Origin: Fistulifera solaris
Taxonomy: Eukaryota
NCBI GenBank assembly: GCA_030295235.1
Contig: AP026129.1
Location: 1,178,001-1,242,000, forward strand
DNA: 64,000 nt
Direction: 5' to 3'
The notes beneath the pieces were generated by a model. It made no database searches. It was not told the origin of the DNA and worked only from the letters and a program-made list of their open reading frames with translations. Positions 48,581 through 60,247 of this stretch are shown here, piece by piece. Both the position numbers and the translations under genes were made by a program. Position 1 is the stretch's first letter; each line of letters opens with the position of its first letter.

Positions 48581-50614
48581 ATGTCCGCCGTAGACTCCTC
48601 GTCTTCGGTGGACTCTCGCTTTGATGTAGAAAGCAAGCCGAAAGGAAACTACACTAGAGATACTGCCGGCGACGAGGTTGACAGCGGATCGTCTTCATCT
48701 GACAGCAACGATTATGACAGCGATAATAGTGATTCCTGCAAGAGCGACGACGATAATTCACGGGGTGCAGAGGATACTTCCCTTATAAAGGGGAAAAAGG
48801 CGAATCATTTGCCTTTGATGAAGGTACCACTAGCTCGCCCCTCACCTCCAACTTTGGGCGGTCAACATCCCAAAATGAGAATCAAGCTCAAACTACCCAC
48901 AAAAGCCAACGCACCTTCCAGGAGAGAGGCTACTAGCGAAAGCGACGACGAAGATGTCAAGGCGACTGTAGTGGAAAGTGATGACGAAGAAGCGGTGACA
49001 GCCGTGATAGCACTGGACGAATCGACTACTCAAAAACCCATGTCTTTTAAACCAGTATCGGTCCCGGCCAAGCGGCGATCGATTCATCCTACCAAACCAA
49101 TTAAAATGCCTCCATTACAATCACCAGGACTTCTCATGATACCACCCAACCACGTGAATGGAGTCAAAGGCACGGGGATGTATTCTATAATACCTTCCCT
49201 CAATAAAGATGGCTTTACGACACCGGCCTCGGTGTTTGAAGAAACCATGAAACTGGCCGGATATACCTACGAGGGGGAGATCCCAAGTGCCACATCGAGG
49301 TTCCAGTGTGGAACGCGTCGTGGATGACATGTTCGACAGCAACGTCCATTTAGCATTACACATTCCTCCATTTGTACCACCCGGACTGTTTACCCCGAAG
49401 AATGAGCATTCGGTAGTTGCCAGCGATAAAGCAAAGCAGGAAAGTAACCAGCTGGTGCAGTCTATGATTGACGCGCTGAAACCAGTCGCAAATAGGCAAC
49501 AGTCTGTCGATGAAAAGTCTTCTCGGAAACGAAAACGACCACTCTCGTTTCGTGACATGATGCCTATATCGCTGACAATAAATTATCCTCGGGATTATGT
49601 GGAAAAAGGAAAACCTACATTCAGCAGGTTCATGAGAGAGAACGAGCTATAGTCGCGTTACAAGAAGCTGAAGAGCTGGACGAATTGCCGTCAAACCAGG
49701 AAATGTCAGCGAAACAAAAGATTACTATCCCACCGATCCCCATTCCACCGTCGCCACCTCACTTATCGGAATGCACAATGGATGACAACGACTACCAAAA
49801 TCTGTTGAACGAGGATGCGCATCCCCTTTACATCCCCAAGGGCAGAGAGAGGTGTGTAGCGCACTTGGACGAGAAGTGTTTCCATATTACCAACGGGCGC
49901 TACTTTGGCTTGGCGTCCAACTTAATTGCGGATCCCAATTTTGTGGGTCCGAATGCACCCGGTATTGCTGGGGTGAGTGCATCGGCCGGTGCCGGCTTGG
50001 CGACATCGACGTCTGGAACGACTGCGACTACTTTGACAGCTTCATCCTTCCAAAACATGAGTTCGACGGATGAAAAAGTGGAAGTCAGGCGAAAGTCACT
50101 CGACATTTCAACCAAGAAGAATGGTCCGCAGAATCTTTCCGACGGATCGACCGGAGCACGAGTTGTATCCGGATCTAAGTCAATTAGCAGTGAGAATGAA
50201 GTCAAAAAGGAAAAGAAGCCGGAGAGGGAATAACAGATTCCATTCGTACGGAAATTATTAAAGCAGCGGTTCACGCCGCTCGCACCAATCAACACGGTCA
50301 ATCCTTCCACGCACCCAATGGACAAAGGTTTCCTGATGTCAGTAAAGCGTTTGCCCTATATGCAGGAATCAAACCATGTGAACGATGCAAAAGCAACAAA
50401 CAAGGGGTACGTTCATCTTTGGTCTACTCTCAACAGTCCTTGTTCGCTTACTTGTACTCATGATGTTTGCCGTTCAACTTTCAAGCCATATTTATGCCGT
50501 TTGCGACGACAACACACGGAACTGGACTACGATGGAGGGTCCACGTCCCTCCATCTGAAACCATACTTTGAGGCCCCATTGGAGTCATTGCTATCGCAGG
50601 ATGAAAGCAAATAA
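48581..50614 (+). CDS. Uncharacterised nuclear-type protein
   Basis: Consecutive ORF pieces 48581-49327, 49287-49652, 49685-50233 and 50318-50614, linked by homopolymer frameshifts and a probable intron at about 50408-50493. PHRGSS..DMFD and FHITNGRYFGL..N..ADPNF.GPNAPG blocks look conserved. Confidence 0.6.
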
Positions 50615-50735
50615 TGATAAACGTTTGATCCCAGCGTCGTGCATCGGAGATAAAATATAAGACCTCCTTGGTAATTATTTATTTCGCCTACAATCATGTA
50701 GCATAATGTCACACATTTTGCAATAGTAACATCAA

Positions 50736-51921
50736 TCAATTAAAGAACCACAAATCCTTTCCTTCGGTGCGACCAATACTTTCAACATTTCGTTCGAGGG
50801 CACCGTTCGTTCGATACATGGCCACACAAACGACGACGGGTATTTGTGACAACACTGTCGTGTCGAGTTTTGAATCCGCCAAATATGCCAATTTCTGTTT
50901 CTTCAACGGAGGTTCGGTCGATTCCCTTGTCACTGTCTTTGTCGATGATGACGGACGTCCCTTGTCAATACGACCCACCCTGGCTGATGATGATGATTCC
51001 TCCTGTTCACACCACGCCTGATACAATTGCTTCCGTGTTTCTTCATTGTGTGCCAAGAGCGAAAAGTGCACAATGGGAATGTTCCTATAGTGCTGAATGT
51101 GAATAATTTTCCGATCATCAACATCGGCAAAACAATACACTCGTGCTTGTAATTCCGGTGTCAAAGCCTTGTAGAAATCTTTCCCATCCCGTCCGGCGCC
51201 CCATATGCCAAAGTAATTTGGGAGATTCTTCTCATCCGTGCCGACATTCCACGATTGCCGCAAAATGGATTGGGAAAAATACCAACACGGATGCGCAATA
51301 ACAATTTCCGAGGCGTGGCGGAACTTTGGGACCGACCGGGAACATGTCGATACACTACCAAGGGTTTGGGTAATATTTTCAACAATCCATCGTGTTGTAG
51401 ATGCGTATAAAAGAACCTTAAATCTTCCGCGAGACGGAGTGTTTGTCGTGTTTCGAACGTAGGGTCGACCATGGGATGTACGGGCAGCGGGTCCTCCGGT
51501 AATAACGGTGCTTCGATGTAACCACCCAATAATTCCTGGAAACGCGATTTCCACATCATCCAAGTTGGTTGTATAATGGTAACTTCCCGAAATTGTTCCA
51601 GCCACAGCCGTTCTTCCGACAACGCATTGGCCCATTGCGTATAATGCCACGTGGCATCGGGTGGATGACGCGTAAAATGACATCCCAACAACGTCCGTGA
51701 TTGTTCGTCGTCGTTGGACAAAGACAACAAATAATCGACTTGTTCCGCCACCCGCGTCGGCATCATGAGATCATCGGCATCCAACCAACACAGGATGGTG
51801 GGTTGTGACGACGCATACAATTCTACGGCGCGATTGCGGGCATATCCGGCACCCCGACTGATTTCGTGACGTTGCAGATGTAACGTCGATGGAAGCATCA
51901 TTGTATCGACTGGTGTTGTCG

Positions 51922-51954
<33 letters not shown>

Positions 51955-52144
51955 CTTTCTCTAGTAGGGACTGTAACCTTTCCCAACTGTCATCGGTCGA
52001 TCCATCATCGAAACAACACACATGAACTTCGATAGTACGAGTAGGACAAGACTGCTGCCGCAGGGCCGATTGTACCGTTTCGATAATCGTCGAGGCGGCA
52101 TTGTGCACCGGAATAATGATTTGGACGGCAATCGTTTCCGACAT
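50736..52144 (-). CDS. B3GNTL1: GT2 glycosyltransferase, B3GNTL1/QTGAL-like
   Basis: GT2 motifs IIPVHNA, DDGSTD, GAGYARN, LDADD, TWHYTQWAN, TIIQPTW and AEDLRFFY. C-terminal IWGAGRDGK..FADVD..KI..PIVHF..VCV..TNGALE.N......EG.D.WFF. Frameshift near 51275. Confidence 0.8.
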
Positions 52145-52466
52145 GATAATATAAAATAATAATCCAAGGGACCGAAGAAGAAGAATTAATAAAAAGCGAC
52201 ACCCAGAAAATTGTTGTGTCTTTACTTTTTCGCGGAAAATGTTCGTGGAGTCTGTAGTAGTACCGATACGACTGATTGATATTGCATGATTAGCGATGGA
52301 TGTGAAATACTACGTACTGTAAATACAAAGGAATTGAAATGCAATGAAAAATAAATAAATGCGGCGCGCACCCTTTCATTTTATTTTATACAAAAACGAT
52401 GATGTTTCACGTCTTCTTTTTAAGTTGATAAAGCTGTCAAAGTCAAATGCACTCTAATAATCGATC

Positions 52467-52796
52467 ATGAGACGTCTGGGACGACCTATATCTCGCCTCC
52501 AACATTGGCTGGTTACATCTCCGCATATGTTGTTTGCGAGGACAGTGACGACGACCTTTCCGACGACGAGGACTACGGAAAGTCTTTCCGTCAAAGTACA
52601 AACTCTACTTTCGCAGAAACAGCCCATGACTCTTTCACAGTGGCAATTGGGGGATAAGACTTTGCAATTATTGTCACAACAATCCGACCAAGGAGAACTG
52701 GCGGAAGCTTTGTTGGAGCGCATGGTATCGGAAGCTTCTCCCGAAAAACAACCTGTTACGGTGTGGTATCGATGGGTCATGCGGGCGTGGGCCTTG

Positions 52797-52827
<31 letters not shown>

Positions 52828-54644
52828 CTCGAGACGATTCAACAAAAGAGAATCAATTACCTTATTCCGTCTTGCGTGCGCATCAATTACTCGAACGGAT
52901 GCAACAACGACACCTCCTATTTCCACAACATCCGGCACCCGACATTGCCGTGTACGATGCGTTTTTGTACGTGTGTGCTTCCACGCGTCCCTATTCCGCG
53001 GCCGTGGCCACTTTGGCACAATCTCTCGTTCAACACATGGAACACACTGGCAATCCGTATCCTTCCACCTTGTCCTACAACAATGTCTTGTCCATTTTGT
53101 TGCAATCCCCGCAGTATGGTGCCGCCAGTCAAGCCGAAGATTGGCTCTTACGATTGTCGGAACGCAGTGCCGCCGGTGAAGGGTCAGCCCAACCCAATAC
53201 ACAATCCTTCAATCGGGTCTTGCACGCGTGGACGAACGGGTTAGCTCCCGATCGAGCGTACGCGATATTGCAATTCATGATGCAACACAACAGTAGTAGT
53301 ATTGCACCCGATGTTGTATCGTTTGCTACCGTGATTCATGCCTATCGAGACAATCCGGAAACAGCGGAACACATCTTTTACGAAGCGTTGGAGTATTTTG
53401 TGGGAACAACGATTGATTTGACGCAGTGTTTGGATGCGGTCTTGATCGCGTGGGCCTATAGTTGCCGGCCGGATGCGGTGGAAAAGGTGCAAGCCTTACT
53501 CCGGAATGCGTATGATGTGCCGCAATTGGAACCCACGGCAGCTACGCATCGGATCTGTTTGCAAGCGTTTTTGCAACATGGCAAGGTGGATGCCGCGACA
53601 CAGTATTTGTACGAGATGATTGCGGTGTGTCGCTCTGTGGACAAGACGACGTTGCCTAAAAACACCCCCAGTATTGTCACTACGGGTGCTTTTCATGTTG
53701 TACTACAGGGTTGGTTGGACAGTGGTCGTCCCGAGGCACCCGAAGAATCACAAAAATTATTGCAACTCATGATGGAATTGTCGCACGAACTTCCTTGTGC
53801 ACCCGAAGCGAATACGTTTACTCGTTGCTTGCAAATTGTCTGGAACCACAAAGGATCGCCCCAATCCGCTCTACAAATATTGGAACAAGCGGAACAACGC
53901 CAAATGGTGAACTTTTATGTCTACAAATGGGTGTTGCAAATCTTGGAACGGTCTCCGTCGTATGCGTTTGTGGCGTACGATGTCTTACAGCGAGCCTTGA
54001 TGAACGTCCCAGTGGAATCTACGGCATTGCATCGTTTGACGATGGATACATTACTGAAACATCGATCATTGTCCGCCATGCAATTGGCTTTGCAGTTATT
54101 GTTGCACGAATTTCCCGATCATTCGGTACAAGCTATGGAATTGTCGTACGTGAGTGTCTTACAAGCATTTGCCCGCACGGGACGAGCGGGAACCGTCGCC
54201 GAAGAAGTGTATCAACACATCCTTCGGAATAAACCAAATATTCGACACAATGCGGTGATTGGAAATGCTATTTTGCAAACCATGGTACAAAGTGAGGATT
54301 TTCAACTACGGGCTTGCGATGTGTTGCAAGAAATGGTGTCGGATTCACGTAGCCTAAGTCCCGATCGTGCTTGCTTGGATGACTTTTTGGGGGTCGTGTT
54401 GTTCCGTGTCGAGGCATGCAAGAAGAAACACAATGTACAAATAGCATTGATGAAACGCATCATTCAACTACTGGAATTTTTGACCGAACAACATCGACAA
54501 AGCATCATTGAGGAATGTCCTTCTCTGTCGATCTTTCGCCGGGTGTATGATCTATGCGATTCTAAAGAAGAAGCGCAAAGGATAAAAACATGGGCACGGA
54601 CCTGCTACCCACCGGAGAAACGTGATGAGAAGACGAATCGATGA
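52467..54644 (+). CDS. Pentatricopeptide-repeat-like protein, probably organellar
   Basis: PPR-type units PDIAVYDAFL, PSTLSYNNVL, PNTQSFNRVLHAW, PDVVSFATVIHAY and AFHVVLQGW. Arg/Thr-rich presequence. Confidence 0.8.
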
Positions 54645-54695
54645 ATAAGCAGATGATCTCAGAAATAGAGAATAATTCTTATTTAGACTATTTTA

Positions 54696-55333
54696 CTATT
54701 TGGAGTCCAAGTTCTCTATTGTGGATTGTAACAATTCGTATAAGGATTCCATCGTATGAATGTACGTCAATTGCATCATCTGCTTTTGTAAAACACCGTA
54801 ACGATACAAAAGAGGCATGGTAGATTGTGGAAAGGCCAGTTTCCTTCAATCGCATGTTGATACGGAATGAAGACAAATTGCATGCCGCTGGTCGTCGAGC
54901 GCGCCACTTCTTTCACGGCTTGTTCGATGTGACCCGTGCGTTCTGTATCAGATGAAGTCAAACAAACAACGACCCACTGTTTTAAAGAAGCTTCGTTGAC
55001 GTGTCGATGCCATTCATTGCGTTGAATATAATGCACAGAGGTGGCTTGTTGATGTCGTTGTTGTCGATACCGTTGCATAATTTCCTCGTCATCTGAGAAG
55101 TCGTCGTCGTCATCATCATCATCGCTGTTAGTGGGATCTATTGTAACATTCTTGACTTCACGTAACATCACCAATCGCTGGGCTTGTTCGAGGGAAGCAC
55201 CTTTGGCCAGAAAGACTTGCGTGGGTGTCACAATGTCGCGTTGCAACAAGGCCTCGTCGAATTCGGTCGTGGCGGTACTATAGGCATACGAAGGTTTGTC
55301 TGTTGCGTAATTCGTGACACCGGATCCTTCCAT
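54696..55333 (-). CDS. Phosducin-like protein (PDCL2/3 type)
   Basis: TTEFDEALLQRDIV, acidic DDDFSDDEE..YRQQR, W...VNEAS...WVVVCL and AIE.NWP..NLPCLF. Frameshift near 54805. Confidence 0.8.
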
Positions 55334-55912
55334 TTGGTTATTGCGTGCGATGGGAATGTGATACAATATAATTTAGAAATGAAACAATGATGATGAATGA
55401 ACATGAACATCTACCGGTATCTCTGTTTTTGTCAAAAGGAGTTCATTTTCGGGACTGGATTTCAAGTCAGTCGTGAGGTGCCTACACTGTTCAATACGTA
55501 ACGTTACCAGTTACAAGTATTAAAAAATCGCTGGGGCGATTCCCCGTAACGCTGTTGGCGTATATTACTCCAACAATGAAGCATCATCAACCAGATCAGC
55601 AACGATTACTTCCTATGAATGTGATTGCATTGGGACATGAATGGTTCAACGCATCAATTGCTTTATGCTATGGATTGTCGTCAAGTGACGACGACTCGTG
55701 ACTCGACTTGTCGTCTGTCCAGCCTTACGTAGAAAGGTGACACGTGTACCTCATTTGACGCAAGTTTTCATTGCGACGAATGAACGATAAATAATAATAC
55801 TCCGTAAAATAACATCATGATCATAAAATAAAAATAACATCGCATTTCCATCGGTGTGATTCTTTCTTTCGTTACTCTTGACAAACCTTTAGAAACACAG
55901 CAATTCGATATT

Positions 55913-56652
55913 ATGAATCGACTCGCCTTCTCCTTACTGTTCCTCGCATCAACGGATGCGTTTTTCGTAACAACACCTCATCATCATCGTCCAATCATGA
56001 GCACATTATTATTGCGCGCCGAAAGCAATGATATTTTGAATTCTCCCGCCTTTTGCAACGCAAATTTGAAGTTCTTCAGACGGATTTACAAAAGGCCGAA
56101 GATGCCCTCGCGGTGGCACAACAACGCCTCGAAGAAGGTAAAGCCGAATGGGGACCCCAATTGGCGGATTTGCAAATTGAGGTGAGTGTATTATAATTAT
56201 TATTATTATTGTGTATTTGTGTGTGTGAGAGAGATTTTTGGTGTCCCAACCCAAACTCACAGTATCTGTAGTACCAAAACATTCAAAAACGCATGAACGA
56301 ACAAAGCAAAGGCGGTGATAGCATGGCAACCGTACAAGTGGCCCGCAATATGCTCAATGTCTTGGACAATTTCGATCGTGCGTTTGGTGCCGTTCAGCCA
56401 TTGACCGAAACCGAATTCGCCATCGAAGCGGAATACAAGGTGACGTACCAAATGATGTTGGATGCCTTTACGGAAATGGGAGTCGAAGAAGTTCCGACCA
56501 TTGGAACAGAATTTGATTTTCAAGTCCATCAAGCCGTCATGCAAAAACCGTCAGACGAATATGAAGAAGGCATCGTGTGTGAAGAATTTCAAAAAGGATT
56601 CAAATGTGGGAATAGTTTGGTCCGTGCCGCCATGGTCGCGGTGGCCGTTTAA
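55913..56652 (+). CDS. grpE: GrpE nucleotide-exchange factor, plastid-targeted
   Basis: Signal peptide ending TDA-FF, then LNVLDNFDRA, FDFQVHQAV, EEFQKGF and LVRAAMVAV. Intron starts at 56182. Frameshift near 56052. Confidence 0.9.
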
Positions 56653-56771
56653 AAGAAATCGGTAGATGTTCTGTTGACTGTAGGAAATCGACTATTATTT
56701 AGGAACGCAAAAAAAAAACGATTTTAGTAGCTAAATCATGTACAACTTTCTAAAAGCAGCTAATTAGTCCA

Positions 56772-58132
56772 TTAGTATTCTCGAAAGCTTATAAGCTGAC
56801 AGCTGACTGCGCAAAGGCAGAAATGGAGACGACTGGTTGCTTTCGTTGTGTCATTCCCGGAAACATTTTCTTTATTGGCTCCTTCATTATCTCTAAATGG
56901 GATACTGAAAAGATCCATTAACGTCGAATCCAAGTGTTGATGCAAATACGTGATATCGTCGGCGGTCAAGTTGTGTTTTCTTAACTCTGCTGAATTGGTT
57001 TTGGTAATGGCACGGATCCAATTGGTACCACTGCCGTGATTCTTACTCGTATTGATTTGATATCGCAAGGGTTCACGGACCGTGGCACCAACGCAGAGGG
57101 CTATTTCGGTCAAGACTTGTTTGGGTTGAAATACCAAACTAAGAGAAAGTGAATGAGTGAATCATCATGACAGGGAGACTATGGTACTTTTGTCGATTTT
57201 GGCATAAACTTACTCTTCGTATCGAACTGTAGAAGGAAAACACAAAAGTAATGGTGGATACGTGATTAGGAAATACTCTTACAGCTACGCAAACACACAA
57301 AAGACTTACTGAATAAGACGGGATAATCAGCATTCATGTATTGCAAATGATAGTCGGACCACAAATGCGCCAAACTATCGAATTCATATTGCGACTCGGT
57401 ATCATATTTGATCCGGACACCAAACGCATTATCGTTGGGCAAATGACGATAGAATTGACGATCTAGCTCATCGGGTACTAAATTGGGACAATGATGCGTT
57501 CCGTGTCGCCATTTCGCCGCGTACGGATTCGCACACATGGATTGCATCCACGCCAAAGGATCCCGAATAATGACGACCGGCAAGACGTGTTCTTTGTTGT
57601 GTTGCTCCATCTCGTGCGCGGTATGCTCCCATTTAACTTGGGCCATGCGATGTTTGCCCCATGGAACTTGCCACAACGTCTTAATGCCTTGAATATTGCG
57701 TGTGAATTGCGTATTTAACAAATTGGTGCCCGTATTGAAAAGTCCAGCGACCGCCAAAATGCGGTCTTTGGGATTGGGGACGTGTTGTCGAAAGGTTTCG
57801 CACTGCTCTTGGCCTTGTACGATAATATTATCGCCGTATAAATCAATGACGTGTTGCCATTTCGGAAGTTGTTGTCGTTCTTCTTCGGATAGTGAAGAAA
57901 GTGCTACGCCGGCATCTTGTAGTAACCACAGAATGCGGTCTTTGCTGTCGATAGTCGTACTATTTAATCCGGTAGCCCGAGATAAGCCTTTAAAATCCGC
58001 TAATCCTCGCTCTAAGACACTTTGGGGTACACTCGTACTTTGCAAAGGATCAAAAAGTTGCAATAACGACAAAAAGGATGCGAACGATAGTAAGATGCTA
58101 ATGACCGGTCCGGACCGGGCATTGCGGGGCAT
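56772..58132 (-). CDS. Type II membrane sulfotransferase-like protein (diatom-type family)
   Basis: Signal anchor, P-loop-like VAGLFNTGTNLL, WQVPWGKH, VIIRDPLAW.QSMC. Intron about 57140-57309. Confidence 0.7.
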
Positions 58133-58342
58133 TGAGTTTTGTCAAGTATCTGATTTTAACTATGCCGCTACTTTTGTTTACGTTTACAGTCAGCTGGTTT
58201 TTAATCAAAAGGATGATTCCACAAATAATTGCGTGAGCGTTGTTTTTGTTTCCGTTCGATCTTTTTCTAATATTCGCCATGGTGGCGTTTTCAAAAACAG
58301 GAAAAACTCAAACAAGAAAATCGCGGAGAGCGCACTTGTACA

Positions 58343-58364
58343 GTACCGGTACCGTACCGGTACC
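58343..58364. repeat. Tandem GTACCGGTACC palindromic units in a gene 5' intergenic region
   Basis: GTACCGGTACCGTACCGGTACC, with further GGTACC copies at about 58386 and 58439. Confidence 0.55.
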
Positions 58365-58797
58365 TGGTAAGGCTTAACGTATACTGGTACCGTGTTAACG
58401 GGTGTGACTACGTAAGGATTAATTTTGCTTAAAGACTGGGTACCGATGCGCATGAGTGAGAAACTAGGTAGGATAATCATGACGACGACTCATTTGAAAA
58501 ATCCTGTTTTGGAATTCCATTTTGTTGTGTCATCGTGAGCTTTTTTCATAACATATCATGAATGATGGTTGAGTGACTTGTCTTTCAAATGAAACACTGT
58601 AGAACGGAAATACCACTTTTCGGCACTTGATAATCAGTGCCAGTCTACTTGTTTTGGCGAGATGATCTCCCCTTGCTTTATTATTTGGCATCCAGGTCCT
58701 TTTTCTAAAACATGAAAAAATGGCAAAGCAACCATATTCTAAAAATAGTCGTCCTCTCTCTCTAGTCTCCCTCTACGTCCGTCGAGCTTCTTCACGA

Positions 58798-59842
58798 TCA
58801 TGTTCTTCGCGATCCTAACGGAACTCCCCGAAAAACGCCCAATCCAGGTCGTAGTTGACGCGCTAGTTTACCTAAAATCGGTGGCTTGATGGCCGATTCC
58901 GCAATGTCACGCACATAGACAATTTTCCGAGTTTCTGGATCCAATTCGTAAAATGAAATTCCCTTGATGGAATCGGGAATATCCCCTAAAATAACTTCCC
59001 ATGTAAAACACGCCAAATCTCGTCCATCATCGTAGCGGAGGGGTCGAAAGGTTATGCCCGGAAAGGAAAAGTCTTGCGTGAATTCCAATACTTTTTGAGG
59101 TCCCCGCAAGGGTTCTTCGAAATTGAAATCATGATACACCACATTGTCACTCCAAAATCGCATCATATATTGTTGAGCCAATTTCGGATCGGCCGCTTGC
59201 AAGTCTTCAAACAAATATTTCACCAATTCACACGCTATGGTAGGATTCTTTTCCTCAAACGGCTGAAAGGGTTTCCAGGTTTCTCCCGCCGTCAATGCCT
59301 TCAATAAATCTTTCGTGGCATCTCCCGGCTTGTACAAGGGTTCCGGAAATTCACTCACGTATTCAATTTCTCCCTTTTCATTCAATTGCACCAAGGTCGT
59401 TCCTCGCAATCCTTCTTCTTGTGGAGTGACCCACGTCCATAAGAATCCACACGCTTGATCTCCATCGGTGATTTTATCCAAACGAATTGTTCCTTTGCCT
59501 TGTTTTTGAGTTACTCGTTGGAGTAAATGTTGGACGACGGCCTGCGTCGAACGAGTGAGACTAGCCTCGATAGAAATAGATTTCCATCCTGCGACGTACC
59601 GTTTTTCCCTGCAGGGGTTGTGCCTCAAATCGATCTTCGTAAACGACATTGTACGCACAGACATCACCAAAGGCACGGACCCCGGCTTCCGTCGAGAAAC
59701 AATTGTGTTCTTCGAACAACGATTGGATCAAATCGCGGGCACGCGATGCCGACAAGGCCCACGACGCACGGGGAGAAGGCGTTGTCGGGACAAATGCCAC
59801 GGCGCCGCACGCGATGCCGAGTAAGACAATCAGTCGCACCAT
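58798..59842 (-). CDS. Plastid-targeted protein with two NTF2/SnoaL-like domains
   Basis: MVRLIVLLGIACGAVA-FVP presequence. Two units NVVYED..PLQG..GFLWTW..GTTL and NVVYHDFNFEEPLRG..CFTWEV..KGISFYE..VRD. Intron about 59542-59598. Confidence 0.75.
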
Positions 59843-60247
59843 TCTAGGCGAATGTTCGTTTGAACCTTGGTATTTGGTTTCCTGTGCAAATAACAAATGC
59901 TTGCAACACATGCAGTGAGAAAAGTTGTGCTACTCCGCGGTCACGCGCGTATCAAAACTCATGGTCCTACGTCATCGGCCGACAAGTGGAATGAATAATA
60001 ATCATCGTCCTTACAAAAAAGACAACTAAATCAATGGATCTGACCGGTACTTCATTGATGCTTTAACGCTTATAGTAGAAAACCGAATTCGACGTCGGAC
60101 GATCTTTCGTGACACCCCGCACCCAGTTCACATCAATACAATTAAATAATAGCAAACGCATCTCGCTTCGATTTACTACAATTCCATAACAAAAATAATA
60201 GTCGAAGTATCTTCCCATTTCTTTTCGTTCTTTACTACACTAAAAGT

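Noticed and set aside
57696..58370. 224-aa plus-strand ORF
   Set aside because: Antisense to the sulfotransferase-like gene and runs into intergenic DNA
58340..58445. CRISPR-like or iteron array
   Set aside because: Only short GTACC palindromic units, with no regular repeat-spacer period, no cas genes, and a eukaryotic context
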